Under the pieces are notes generated by a model that saw only the letters and a list, made by a program, of their open reading frames with translations, was not told the DNA's origin and made no database searches. From IMG/VR virus record IMGVR_UViG_3300046499_000850: a stretch of 64,000 nt of DNA; one strand, written 5' to 3'. The stretch comes from a virus. Lineage: Duplodnaviria; Heunggongvirae; Uroviricota; Caudoviricetes. Positions 1-9,311 of the stretch are shown piece by piece; positions within the stretch are counted from its first letter, which is position 1; each line of letters begins with the position of its first letter. Both the position numbers and the translations under genes were made by a program.

Positions 1-118
1 GATCCGCGACCACATCGGCACCAGCCGTTTGCGCCGCTTCAAAGACCAGTTGTTCTGGTGGCACGGCGCTTTGCGTAAAACCAATAATCAACAACAGAAG
101 GAAAATCACCATGAGTAA
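1..118 (+). CDS. 3' end of a hypothetical protein (partial, enters from the left edge)
   Basis: Frame 2 is open from the window start (IRDHIGTSRLRRFKDQLFWWHGALRK...) to TAA at 116-118, in the same orientation as the downstream genes. Confidence 0.4.
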   Translation, partial: IRDHIGTSRLRRFKDQLFWWHGALRKTNNQQQKENHHE

Positions 119-374
119 CCAAGTAGTCAAAATCAGCCTAGATGGCGGCGTGACATTCCAGCCCGCCGTGAACGATGTCCGTGTGGTGTATGAAAACATC
201 ACCGTCCCGGTTGACGGGGAAGAAACCGACGGTACGCTCCAAATCACGATCAACGCGGAAGGTGTGAGCCTTGATTTGTGGGGTACTCGCGATGAACATC
301 TGGATACCCATGCCGGCACCGGATCGATTCTGATCGGTGACCTTGTCGACGGGATCTACGGGCAGGGGGTGTGA
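111..374 (+). CDS. hypothetical protein (87 aa)
   Basis: A/C-rich leader AATAATCAACAACAGAAGGA and RBS precede the ATG; overlaps the next gene. Confidence 0.75.
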   Translation: MSNQVVKISLDGGVTFQPAVNDVRVVYENITVPVDGEETDGTLQITINAEGVSLDLWGTRDEHLDTHAGTGSILIGDLVDGIYGQGV

Positions 375-754
375 TGGTGATGCAATCTCTCAACAGACGC
401 ACCATTGTTGTCTACTACTTCACCGATGCTACCAAAACCGCCGTCATCAGCGGCACCACTCGCTGGTACAAGTACGCCCGCAGTGCCAAAGACCGTGCCC
501 ACGACGCCATGGTTGAGGATTTGTACGGTGCTGCGGTTGCGGTGGTGTATGACGATGAAAATGGTAAAGACTTGTTCCACTTTACCCGCAACGGCGAGAA
601 CGAAGTGGTAACCGCTTTCGACGCTAGTCGCATCAAGCAGGGTAAGTATCTGGCCACCAGTACCGACCCCAAGGGCGACTTCACTAAGAAGCTCTCAAAG
701 CGGGCTAAGGCGCGTATCGCTCGTGAGTTCAAGGGGTTACCGCGACGTAGCTAG
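371..754 (+). CDS. hypothetical protein (~125 aa, basic C-terminus)
   Basis: ORF track; GTGA overlap with the upstream stop. Confidence 0.7.
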   Translation: MMVMQSLNRRTIVVYYFTDATKTAVISGTTRWYKYARSAKDRAHDAMVEDLYGAAVAVVYDDENGKDLFHFTRNGENEVVTAFDASRIKQGKYLATSTDPKGDFTKKLSKRAKARIAREFKGLPRRS

Positions 755-778
755 TCGACTTGCAATAAATTTTGAACA

Positions 779-831
779 GGGAAGGTTGTTGCTATGTAGT
801 AGTATGATGCAACTTTCCCTCTTCTTCTTTT
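779..831 (+). terminator. long hairpin followed by a pyrimidine/T run
   Basis: AGGGAAGGTTG...CAACTTTCCCT followed by CTTCTTCTTTT. Confidence 0.45.
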
Positions 832-841
832 AAGGGTCGAC

Positions 842-1000
842 ATGGTTTCGTATACTCCAGTGGTTCTTTCGGTACTCCCATCTAGCAAATGGATCTGCAA
901 ATGCGGCATAGGTCAACTCCAAGAAGACCTGCTGTGTCGCTGGTGCGGTAGAACTTACGCCCCCATCCCCGACGAGGAAGGGGAACAAACCAACAATTAA
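842..1000 (+). CDS. small zinc-ribbon protein (52 aa), below the ORF-track cutoff
   Basis: Manual translation MVSYTPVVLSVLPSSKWICKCGIGQLQEDLLCRWCGRTYAPIPDEEGEQTNN*; WxCxC...CxxC motif; AAGGG RBS upstream. Confidence 0.65.
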   Translation: MVSYTPVVLSVLPSSKWICKCGIGQLQEDLLCRWCGRTYAPIPDEEGEQTNN

Positions 1001-1016
1001 CAACAACGAGGGTGAA

Positions 1017-1409
1017 TTGGCAAAAGCAATCGCAGTCACGGTCCCTAAGTGGGTCACTGACTTTAAAGAGCAGATTAAGGAAGCGTCCGTGTATGGCTTG
1101 ATTCCGAAGCTCATGCAGTGGACAACGGTGGAATTGATGGAACGAGAACTGCTCCAGCAAGCCGCAGGAGCCGGTATCCAGTTTCATTTGGAAACGTTGT
1201 TTGCGGAAGTCAAGAAGTGCGCCGCTGAAAACGCCAATACACATCCTTTGGTGGCACGCCTTTCACTCTCCGCTTTTGTCCAGAAACAAATCTTCTTGAC
1301 GATCGCCACCGACGAAAAGAAACCGGTGATCCTTGACACGTATGTACTACGCACCACGGAAGCGGGGTTGATCGAAGGCGTACGCAGGGCAGCTGAACAT
1401 CAACACTGA
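1017..1409 (+). CDS. hypothetical protein (130 aa, TTG start)
   Basis: A/C-rich leader and GAGG RBS before TTG. Confidence 0.7.
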   Translation: MAKAIAVTVPKWVTDFKEQIKEASVYGLIPKLMQWTTVELMERELLQQAAGAGIQFHLETLFAEVKKCAAENANTHPLVARLSLSAFVQKQIFLTIATDEKKPVILDTYVLRTTEAGLIEGVRRAAEHQH

Positions 1410-1421
1410 TACTTAGAAACC

Positions 1422-1871
1422 ATGAATCTGATCGACGAAACCAGAAACAAGAATAGCCCGCATGACGCATGCCCTAGCGACTTCAAATTCGTCTATGACG
1501 TGATCGAAGCATTGAATCTGGTAGCCACCAAGGACAAGGTCGTGTTCCCGCTGCCGAGCCGTAACTCGGCGTTCGCGGACATCGAATGTCGGCTGCATTA
1601 CAACGAGGACTATAAACCCTGCGGCGAGTTCTTCTTTAACCTGCGCCGGGAAGAACTGGAAATGGCCCACACCGCCCTGGTCACCACCACGGTCGACAAA
1701 GGTGTATTGAAGCTGCAACTCCAGATCAAACCGAACAAAAAATTGCAACGTTCGGGGCACCGCAGCATGTCGCGCATGGTAACCGATGCCCGCGCCATGG
1801 CCACCGCTATTTGTGCCAACTACGCCCCCGGTTCCGTCGGTCGTAAAGTTATCCCCATCATCACCAAATAA
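1422..1871 (+). CDS. hypothetical protein (149 aa)
   Basis: ORF track; co-oriented with tight spacing. Confidence 0.65.
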   Translation: MNLIDETRNKNSPHDACPSDFKFVYDVIEALNLVATKDKVVFPLPSRNSAFADIECRLHYNEDYKPCGEFFFNLRREELEMAHTALVTTTVDKGVLKLQLQIKPNKKLQRSGHRSMSRMVTDARAMATAICANYAPGSVGRKVIPIITK

Positions 1872-1882
1872 ACCGCATAACG

Positions 1883-1924
1883 CCTAGCCTCCCATCACGG
1901 GGGCTAGGTATGCCGTCTCTTTTT
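1883..1924 (+). terminator. hairpin + TATGCCGTC + T-tract
   Basis: CCTAGCCTCCC-ATCAC-GGGGGCTAGG, then TATGCCGTCTCTTTTT. Confidence 0.7.
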
Positions 1925-1950
1925 ACCACCACCTGAAGAAAGGAAGTATC

Positions 1951-2229
1951 ATGTCCGTTACCGTCGTCCATATCGGCATCAACCGTCCCACCGAGATCAA
2001 CACGCTGAGCCAAGCGTGGCGCAAGATCCTCAAGGACAAAAACATCAACGAAGAAGAACTGAAAAAGCGCATCCAGGCGTTCGTCATCAGGCCGGGGCAA
2101 GATTCCCATGACGCCGCTGGCGCCGCTGCCAATGTCGCCAAAGAGCTGGCCAGCGACCACATGTCGTGGAACGCCTACGTCAAGGGCTTGACCCTGATCG
2201 GCATCGACGAGATCACGATGTTGGTGTAA
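1951..2229 (+). CDS. small helical protein, related to the N-terminal domain of 44582..45370
   Basis: AAGGAAG RBS; pattern L...RKIL....I...EL......AN..KEL....MSW..YVKGL aligns by eye with 44582 N-terminus. Confidence 0.7.
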   Translation: MSVTVVHIGINRPTEINTLSQAWRKILKDKNINEEELKKRIQAFVIRPGQDSHDAAGAAANVAKELASDHMSWNAYVKGLTLIGIDEITMLV

Positions 2230-2237
2230 TCCTGGTG

Positions 2238-2270
2238 AGGCCGGTTCTCCGAATCGGCCTCGTTTGTGTT
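2238..2270 (+). terminator. probable intrinsic terminator
   Basis: GAGGCCGGTT-CTCC-GAATCGGCCTC followed by GTTTGTGTT. Confidence 0.55.
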
Positions 2271-2344
2271 GCAAAAGTTGCAGGGGTTAAAGAATATTGG
2301 AGAAACAAATTATCTAGTTAACCACAACACAACAGGAGGATATC

Positions 2345-3094
2345 ATGGCTACGAAGAAAGCAAAAGCGGCTAAGAAAAACACCGGCAAAATGGAAGTGGC
2401 TGAAGAAACACGTAACCAAATTTTCGACGGTAAGATGCCGGATGAAACAAAACCGTTGGTCGGCGAGATGGTGGTGATCATGGGTGTCCCGAAAAAGGAC
2501 AACTACAACGCGCGCACTATTATCCCAGCCATCGGCGAAGCCGTTCGCAACGCATACGACTTCATCGATGTGGTCAAGATCAAGGACGTGAATCTGCATG
2601 CCCCGCTGATGTTTGCGAAGAGCGAAGGGGATGAAGAGATGCTGGATTATATCAACAGCGGCGAAGGTAAGGCGTTGATGGCGTTGTTTATCCACCAAGA
2701 TCGCCAGCAGCGTCTGCGCGCTATAGACGAAGAAGACAAAAATTTCGACGAGATGTCGCCTGAAGAACAACAGCGCATGATCGAACGCGTACGCCATTTG
2801 CGCAAAGAATCCAACGAAGCGGCCGAGAAGCGCCGTTTGGAAGCCGTTGAGCACGCTTTCGAAACCGCCCAGAAATGGTCGACCGGTACCGACCTGACGC
2901 CGCGTGAACGCGTCCACGGTGCTGTACGTGACCTCTACAGCCGCTATGGCGAAACCCGTGGCGCTGATGCAGCCGGACGACCAATGGAAGTCGATCCCGG
3001 TCGGGATTATGACAAGCACTTCGACACGCACTTCGTCGAGGACATCAAGGCACGCTCGATTCGCGCTGCCAAAGACCTGTTTGGTCAGAAGTGA
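2345..3094 (+). CDS. AAKDLFG-family paralog 1 (249 aa)
   Basis: AGGAGG RBS; FETAQKW..DLTPRERVHGAVRDLY ... IKARSIRAAKDLFGQK. Confidence 0.85.
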   Translation: MATKKAKAAKKNTGKMEVAEETRNQIFDGKMPDETKPLVGEMVVIMGVPKKDNYNARTIIPAIGEAVRNAYDFIDVVKIKDVNLHAPLMFAKSEGDEEMLDYINSGEGKALMALFIHQDRQQRLRAIDEEDKNFDEMSPEEQQRMIERVRHLRKESNEAAEKRRLEAVEHAFETAQKWSTGTDLTPRERVHGAVRDLYSRYGETRGADAAGRPMEVDPGRDYDKHFDTHFVEDIKARSIRAAKDLFGQK

Positions 3095-3103
3095 GGAGTC
3101 ACC

Positions 3104-3826
3104 ATGGAATTTGAAAATAACGAACGCGGGCCACGTGCGGTCATTACGGTCTCGGGAATTCCGAAGGATTCCGACCCGGTACGGTTGATGCGGGTTCTCG
3201 ACGATATTTCCGAGAGCGTCTACGAAAAACTCGAAAGCGTCGAGATCGGCATGGTTACCAATGTGCCGGACGAAATTTTGCCGACAGGCTTGATGAGCCC
3301 GGAAGACGCTGAGGCGCTGAAGGAACTGCCGGGCTTTGGTCCCGGCCGTTTGCAACTGCACCTGAAAGCGCAGGTGGCGTCGGGCTTGATTTTCGCTGCC
3401 ACCATGATGGCTGGCGACGAAGCTGCTGGATTGGCATGGGAAAGCAAGTCGGAGGAAGAGAAGGAGGCGATCCATGAACACAATCGCCAGCGTTCGGAAC
3501 ACTACGAGCGAGCAGCTGTCCGGGAAATGCAAGACAAGCGCACCGCAGAACTGCGCCAAGCGTTTGATATCGCCAACCACTGGGCTGCCGAACCGGACCT
3601 CACGCCAATGGAACGCTGTCACGGTGTGGCGCACGATCTGTACAAGATCTACGGAGTGGATGCCAAAGAGTTCGATTTTGGTGGCACGAAATTCATTCCG
3701 GACAGCATGCGCAAAGCTTACGACATCAGTGCAGGTCAAGCTTACGCCCGGCACTACGATACCCATCTGAGCGAACAGATCAAGGAACGCAAGCTGCGCG
3801 CCGCCAAAGACTTATTCGGGGGTTAA
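3104..3826 (+). CDS. AAKDLFG-family paralog 2 (240 aa)
   Basis: GAGGAG RBS; FDIANHW..DLTPMERCHGVAHDLY ... IKERKLRAAKDLFGG. Confidence 0.85.
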   Translation: MEFENNERGPRAVITVSGIPKDSDPVRLMRVLDDISESVYEKLESVEIGMVTNVPDEILPTGLMSPEDAEALKELPGFGPGRLQLHLKAQVASGLIFAATMMAGDEAAGLAWESKSEEEKEAIHEHNRQRSEHYERAAVREMQDKRTAELRQAFDIANHWAAEPDLTPMERCHGVAHDLYKIYGVDAKEFDFGGTKFIPDSMRKAYDISAGQAYARHYDTHLSEQIKERKLRAAKDLFGG

Positions 3827-3828
3827 GT

Positions 3829-4491
3829 ATGAAAACTGGTAAAGGTAAGAAAGAGCAACAAGAGATCCATGTTCGAGGACGTACTTTCATCGTCGACTAT
3901 TTCAATGAACATGGCGGATTTATCAGTTCCGCTGAATTTACCCAAGCACTCGAAGAAGCGATCAAGATGGGTGACCAGATGAACATGGGTCATGTCAACG
4001 GCGTGTCTTTTAACCGCTTAGGTCAGAAGTTCGATTACCGTGAAGTAACGACTGAAGAAGATATGGACAATTACGTGGCCGCGAACTTGTTGACCAGTTT
4101 CATGGGTGATTTGGACTCACTCTCTGGTTTGTCAAACGCCGCCACGCTCACCAAAGATTTTGGTCAAATTTACACCAAGATCCGGGAGAAAGAACTGTCG
4201 CCTGAAGAAGGCGCGCGGCAGATGAACGACCTCATCGCGCTTGCGCGGCAAGAACAGCATCAAACGCAGCAGCAGCGTTTCTTCGATACCGCCAAGAAGT
4301 GGGCTGAGAAACCGAACCTGAGCGTGGTGGAGGTGGCTCATGGTGTCGCGTACGATGCTTACCGCATCGCGCATCCCGAAGAACCAGAAGTCATGGCGCA
4401 GCAAAGCTACGGGCTGCGCTATGATAACGAATACGGTAAAGCTATCAAAGCCAGAACGGTTCGTGCAGCAAAAGATTTGTTCGGTACGTAA
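3829..4491 (+). CDS. AAKDLFG-family paralog 3 (220 aa)
   Basis: FDTAKKW..NLSVVEVAHGVAYDAY ... IKARTVRAAKDLFGT. Confidence 0.85.
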   Translation: MKTGKGKKEQQEIHVRGRTFIVDYFNEHGGFISSAEFTQALEEAIKMGDQMNMGHVNGVSFNRLGQKFDYREVTTEEDMDNYVAANLLTSFMGDLDSLSGLSNAATLTKDFGQIYTKIREKELSPEEGARQMNDLIALARQEQHQTQQQRFFDTAKKWAEKPNLSVVEVAHGVAYDAYRIAHPEEPEVMAQQSYGLRYDNEYGKAIKARTVRAAKDLFGT

Positions 4492-4501
4492 GGGGAAGGC
4501 G

Positions 4502-5620
4502 ATGGCGAATAATTACGAAGAAGTCGTCGGGGTCATCAAGGTCAAACTGGTGACCCCGGTCATCCGAGCACTGTTTGGATGTTACAATCTGAATGAGAAA
4601 TACCCCGGTAATGGTGAAGCCTATATTGCACGCGGCGAGTTCTTGGAACAATACGCTTCGTGGGAAAATATGGTCAAGCCGTTGGAAGATCTCTGCACGT
4701 TCCTCAAAGTTCCATTTGAGTCGAGTATGATGCAAGAACCTTGGATCGCGCAAGACTTGTCGAACCTGCTGACAAATCTCTTCACCCATTTTGGTACCAT
4801 GGGTACTGACAAAGCTGCGGAGTACGTCAATTTTCTTACGGATGTTGATCCCTACGAGACGCCTGAGCTGTTGTGGTTGTATGAAATCGCTAAGCTGATG
4901 GATGACGGTCACGGTTTATCGGCTTACCAAGTCGACGCAGCTTACTATTGCGACAAACCGCGTTTGGGGGAATTCGGCGGCTGGGGCGAATACCATAGCA
5001 ACACGTACTCCGCACATATCTCTTCGCACATGGCGCGGGTTCGTTCAGCGGAGGTTGAGAGAATGTTGGTGGAAAAAGACTACACCGGCATCGGCAGTTA
5101 CATGGGTGCACAGTTCGCCAATGTCATCCACGGCATCACCGACCCGTATGCACGCCAGCAAGTCACTCAGGCGGTGGTCCACAACCTCAGTAACGTTTAT
5201 AAACCAATCCCGCAAGGAGAACCTGCCACCAACGACTCCGCTCCAGCCAACGCGTATGACAATACCCGCGTGTTAACTGCGGGTGAGCAGCGCAAGCTCA
5301 TGGCGGATGCGTTGTACCATACCGCCAACACCTGGGCGCATAACGAAAACTACGATCCGGTCACACGGGTCTTCAACGCGGTGCGGGATGCGGCGCAGTT
5401 GTTCGAGTTCGGTGACGACCATAACGTACCGCCAATGCGATTAATCCCGCAGCCGTTTGTCGAACCTGTAATGGAAACGGAAACCCAACAACAGTGGCTT
5501 CTTCACACGCCGATGCCGTCCGCTACCCAGGCGTCAAGCATCGTGCGTTCGTTCGATACGCTCGTGGAAACGCTGGGTACGCGTCGCGCAGAAGCCGCCA
5601 AGAAAATGTTCGGGACGTAA
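4502..5620 (+). CDS. AAKDLFG-family paralog 4 (372 aa; start moved from 4340)
   Basis: GGGGAAGG RBS before ATG 4502 (MANNYEE); YHTANTW..NYDPVTRVFNAVRDA ... RRAEAAKKMFGT. Confidence 0.8.
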   Translation: MANNYEEVVGVIKVKLVTPVIRALFGCYNLNEKYPGNGEAYIARGEFLEQYASWENMVKPLEDLCTFLKVPFESSMMQEPWIAQDLSNLLTNLFTHFGTMGTDKAAEYVNFLTDVDPYETPELLWLYEIAKLMDDGHGLSAYQVDAAYYCDKPRLGEFGGWGEYHSNTYSAHISSHMARVRSAEVERMLVEKDYTGIGSYMGAQFANVIHGITDPYARQQVTQAVVHNLSNVYKPIPQGEPATNDSAPANAYDNTRVLTAGEQRKLMADALYHTANTWAHNENYDPVTRVFNAVRDAAQLFEFGDDHNVPPMRLIPQPFVEPVMETETQQQWLLHTPMPSATQASSIVRSFDTLVETLGTRRAEAAKKMFGT

Positions 5621-5631
5621 AAGGAAACAAC

Positions 5632-6438
5632 ATGGAAGACAAAAAACAACATCGACAATTTTTCACCGATCCCAAGTATCGGGGAGATATCGAAACCTGT
5701 GCACGCTACGAAATTTCGCATCAGAAGGAACAGGCAGCCAAACCGACGAAACATTTTGATCCCGAGGATAATCAAAAGAAGTGGTACCATCCTGCTATCG
5801 ACCGGGCAGACATCGTCGCTCTGGCTGTCAAAGCAGAGTTGAATGGTCGTAGTGGCGTGGATTTGGATTTCGATGATCCTGAGCTCAGCCATGAGATCAT
5901 CGACACCATGGCTGAGATCGTCCGCCAAGGCATGGGTACCCACTTCTACGAAGGTATCTCGACCATCGAACTACCCGCCAAGGAACGGGAGTGGCCGGAA
6001 TCCCAACCGTTCACCGAAAACCCCGACGGTGGCTTTTACACCATGGGCCAGGTGCGCAAGCAGCTCTTTGATAAACTCATCGACAAGGCGCTCCACCACG
6101 GCCAAGAACCGGGGAACTACACCCCCACTGAACGTTGCCTGCGCACCGTGCGCAGCGTGATCGACGTGATCGATGGTGGTGAAGGAAACCGGCCGGGCGG
6201 TGAAGGGTTGCCGCTGATGCAGTTCATACTCTCGCCCCACCCGTCGTTCGACGAATCGCGGGAAGAAAAGAACCTGCCACGGTACGACAACAGCATACCG
6301 CTGGATGAAGGGTTGTTGCCACCGAGCGATTACCAGACTGGTATGGTCAAAGCGTTCGACCGCCATTTCGACAACCGCTTCGAATCCAACATCAAGGAGC
6401 GCTCGCTGCGCGCCGCCAGAGAGTTATTCGGAGGATAA
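5632..6438 (+). CDS. AAKDLFG-family paralog 5 (268 aa; start moved from 5494)
   Basis: AAGGA RBS before ATG 5632 (MEDKKQ); NYTPTERCLRTVRSVI ... IKERSLRAARELFGG. Confidence 0.8.
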   Translation: MEDKKQHRQFFTDPKYRGDIETCARYEISHQKEQAAKPTKHFDPEDNQKKWYHPAIDRADIVALAVKAELNGRSGVDLDFDDPELSHEIIDTMAEIVRQGMGTHFYEGISTIELPAKEREWPESQPFTENPDGGFYTMGQVRKQLFDKLIDKALHHGQEPGNYTPTERCLRTVRSVIDVIDGGEGNRPGGEGLPLMQFILSPHPSFDESREEKNLPRYDNSIPLDEGLLPPSDYQTGMVKAFDRHFDNRFESNIKERSLRAARELFGG

Positions 6439-7266
6439 ATGCCATTGCCAAAAAGCACACCCCGCCCAAAGCCCGACTTCAATCAACCGCGTTATGTCAA
6501 CGCAGTTGCTGCTATTGATGATGTTAATAACCTAGCGCGACAAGACATCGTGTACGATCAATGGCCAATCGACGATCCATACCGTGACACCGCGCTTTGC
6601 GCAGTGCAAAGTATTTACACGGTGGGCAATGTCGATTTGAATAAGATGTTGGACACGTTGCCGATTGAAGAAAAGCACAATCTTATCGACACCATGGCCG
6701 CCGTGGTGGAACTCAAAGTTGAGCACATCAACTCGGCTTATGACAATGTTTACGTCATTGGCTCCGACTCGCTTGACTTTGAAAGCAAAGGAAAAGAAGT
6801 CCCGTATATCGAAAACCCACTCAAGGAACGGCATTTCATTCCCCGTATGACGCCGTATGAGCAGATCCAAACGATCGCCACCAACGCTCATTTAATCGCC
6901 CATAACTGGGCTAACCGGCAGGATGAGGGGTTAGGGGTTGAGGAACGGGTGATGGGGGCTGTACACGGTGTGCTAGGAATGTTCCAAAACGGGTTTAATG
7001 ACCAAGTGCCGGCATTCCAGCTCATTCCGCTCGATCCTGAAACGGATCGAGGATGTATCAACCAGGTTTATCGGGACGGCGTGCCGACCGATGCAGACTG
7101 GAATTATGGGCAGCCAATGGGACTGACTTACAAGAGTACGTCCTATGCTGATGATCCAAGCAGCCCACCTGGTTCACTAACCTGCCGCTTCGAAGAACAG
7201 TATGAAAATACCCGTGGTCGTTTCCGTACTGCGGCTCAAGACCTCTTTGGTCATGGAGGATATTAA
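6439..7266 (+). CDS. AAKDLFG-family paralog 6 (275 aa)
   Basis: GGAGG RBS; IAHNW...LGVEERVMGAVHGVL ... RGRFRTAAQDLFGHGGY. Confidence 0.8.
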   Translation: MPLPKSTPRPKPDFNQPRYVNAVAAIDDVNNLARQDIVYDQWPIDDPYRDTALCAVQSIYTVGNVDLNKMLDTLPIEEKHNLIDTMAAVVELKVEHINSAYDNVYVIGSDSLDFESKGKEVPYIENPLKERHFIPRMTPYEQIQTIATNAHLIAHNWANRQDEGLGVEERVMGAVHGVLGMFQNGFNDQVPAFQLIPLDPETDRGCINQVYRDGVPTDADWNYGQPMGLTYKSTSYADDPSSPPGSLTCRFEEQYENTRGRFRTAAQDLFGHGGY

Positions 7267-7844
7267 TGTCCCGCAAGGACGGCAAGCTGGACTACCATGC
7301 CCGGCGCGTGTTAGACAGCAATCCCGAGTTCTTTGGTACGCCAGAAACTTGGGACCCGAAACGCAGACGACAACAGGAGGACAAGATGGCGAAAGGTATC
7401 CTGAGCATCGACGATGTCGGTCGTGACAACCCGTACGAGGACATCCCCACGCTGACCAAAGAAGAAGCATTGACGGTCGTCGCTGAGCGCGCTTACAACC
7501 AAGCGTTGTTGCTGTGGGGTGAAGGTGTGCAGCACCACCGCTTAACCATCAACGACCGTATCGCTGGGGCGGTGTACTCCACGTTCGAAATGCTGCAAAA
7601 CGGCGTGGAAGGGTTGATGCCGGCATTCGATTTGCTACCTGTGGCGTTACCGCATTTTGTCCCTTCTGTTTACGTTGAAAGGGGTGAGAACGAAATCCAA
7701 GCCCGCTGGACAGAGGACCCCATTTCGTTGTCCGGTATGGGAGACGATGTAATCACCATGACCAGCGTGTTCTCGGACGTCTACGATCGCTACAAAGATC
7801 GCCTAGCTGCCAGCGCCCGGGATCTGTTCCAACCATACGACTGA
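7266..7844 (+). CDS. AAKDLFG-family paralog 7 (192 aa)
   Basis: TAATG overlap; LTINDRIAGAVYSTFEML ... KDRLAASARDLFQPYD. Confidence 0.8.
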   Translation: MSRKDGKLDYHARRVLDSNPEFFGTPETWDPKRRRQQEDKMAKGILSIDDVGRDNPYEDIPTLTKEEALTVVAERAYNQALLLWGEGVQHHRLTINDRIAGAVYSTFEMLQNGVEGLMPAFDLLPVALPHFVPSVYVERGENEIQARWTEDPISLSGMGDDVITMTSVFSDVYDRYKDRLAASARDLFQPYD

Positions 7845-7932
7845 GGGGGGCGCTGTGAAGAAGCAGGAAGATAACAACAAACCGGGCGACTACCGCAAAG
7901 AGAAAGAAGTATGGTAACCGACAGGAGGCATT

Positions 7933-8802
7933 ATGCCACGCGATGATGGGTATGACCCAAAGAAGAACTTCAATCCACAAATCCAAGAGCAACTCAACAA
8001 AGAACAAATCGAGGAACTGATAGAAACGGCGGCTAAGAAAGCCGTGGCACAAGTATTCAAAGAGCACGGGCTGGGTAACCCGTACGAACAACCTGCGGTC
8101 GACCCCAACGCACCACGGGCGTATACGTCCGAAGAGGTCACCGAGCAGGTGATGGAACAAATCTGCCACGACATTCACTATTGGCAAACTCAGCCGAATT
8201 GCGGGTCTATGGAAAATCGTGTGGAAGGTGTAATCCATTCGACACTGGCGATGCTCGATGGTTGTAAGCTTCGGTTGCCGGCATTCGATCTGGTACCTGA
8301 CGTGCATGAAGACGATAAGGATTATCATATCGAAAACGGTGAAAACTATTACGATTCTAAATCGGTGGTGTCAACATCGTTGCATGAGCTTCTTTATCCG
8401 ACGCTTCGAAAGTTGTATCCGGAAAAAATACCCCCGCTCGGTCGGACAGAGCTAAACCCAAAAGAAATGCGGGAAACGTTCACCCAAGCTGCATATGACA
8501 TCGCGTGGAAGACTGCCTTGCATGTCCCTGATAAAAGAGAAGCGTGTGAAGGTACGGCATACCAAATCATGCAACTTCTCGATGGTGAGCATCCCGATTA
8601 CGCTGACACACCACCATTCATGGTGTTTGCGGCGCCGACGGAAGAATTCAACCGCGCACAACAGCTGTCCGGCAATCCGACGTGGGATAGCAGTATCCCT
8701 CTGAATCGTAAACCGCCGTATGGAGCCACGGACTCGTTGGTCGACACGTACGAAACCATTCGTAACCGCGACAAGCAAGCCAAACGTGATCTATTCAAAT
8801 AA
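7933..8802 (+). CDS. AAKDLFG-family paralog 8 (289 aa, two copies of the core helical motif)
   Basis: AGGAGG RBS; IHYW..GSMENRVEGVIHSTLAMLDG and AYDIAW..KREACEGTAYQIMQLLDG; ends RDKQAKRDLFK. Confidence 0.8.
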   Translation: MPRDDGYDPKKNFNPQIQEQLNKEQIEELIETAAKKAVAQVFKEHGLGNPYEQPAVDPNAPRAYTSEEVTEQVMEQICHDIHYWQTQPNCGSMENRVEGVIHSTLAMLDGCKLRLPAFDLVPDVHEDDKDYHIENGENYYDSKSVVSTSLHELLYPTLRKLYPEKIPPLGRTELNPKEMRETFTQAAYDIAWKTALHVPDKREACEGTAYQIMQLLDGEHPDYADTPPFMVFAAPTEEFNRAQQLSGNPTWDSSIPLNRKPPYGATDSLVDTYETIRNRDKQAKRDLFK

Positions 8803-8811
8803 GGAGAAAAC

Positions 8812-9219
8812 ATGCAAACGATTGATCCGAACAAATTGTTGCTGCCGCTCGAAGTGACTGTCGAGGGTATGAAGCTTAGTCCCTTCCAAGGAACGCGAAT
8901 TGCTTCGACTGCACACGAGGCAATCGAGTACGGTTTTGGTCTGATGGAACTACGCGCGCGGGCACCATACGAAGATGCCGCCCCAGAAGTGCGGACGTCA
9001 TGGGAAAAGCATACCGACGAATTCATTGCGCGGTCCCAGCCATCCACCTACCCCAGCCTGGCGCCAGAGCAAGCGGCTTTGCTCGAACAAATCACCAACA
9101 CACTTCAACTTCAGCGTAATCGCGAACGCGGCTCGTTACATCTCAGCCTCGACACCATGGTGACGGTGTGGGTGGAGGTGAAGAAAGACGTAACCAAGTA
9201 TTTGGAATCGCAAACATAA
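8812..9219 (+). CDS. hypothetical protein (135 aa)
   Basis: AAGGAG RBS; followed by a hairpin. Confidence 0.75.
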   Translation: MQTIDPNKLLLPLEVTVEGMKLSPFQGTRIASTAHEAIEYGFGLMELRARAPYEDAAPEVRTSWEKHTDEFIARSQPSTYPSLAPEQAALLEQITNTLQLQRNRERGSLHLSLDTMVTVWVEVKKDVTKYLESQT

Positions 9220-9224
9220 CAGGC

Positions 9225-9267
9225 CCCGGCCCGTAAGGGCTGGGACTATGCTATATTTTCTTTTTTC
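9225..9267 (+). terminator. hairpin + CTATGC + T-tract
   Basis: CCCGGCCC-GTAA-GGGCTGGG, then ACTATGCTATATTTTCTTTTTT. Confidence 0.65.
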
Positions 9268-9311
9268 ACCCAAGGAGCTTATCAGATAGAGACCACTTTA
9301 CAAAGAAGATC

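Noticed and set aside
2345-8802. DGR or beta-clamp-binding interpretation of the paralog array
   Set aside because: No reverse transcriptase or near-identical TR/VR pair; the DLF tail lacks the Q at -4 of the QL[SD]LF clamp motif
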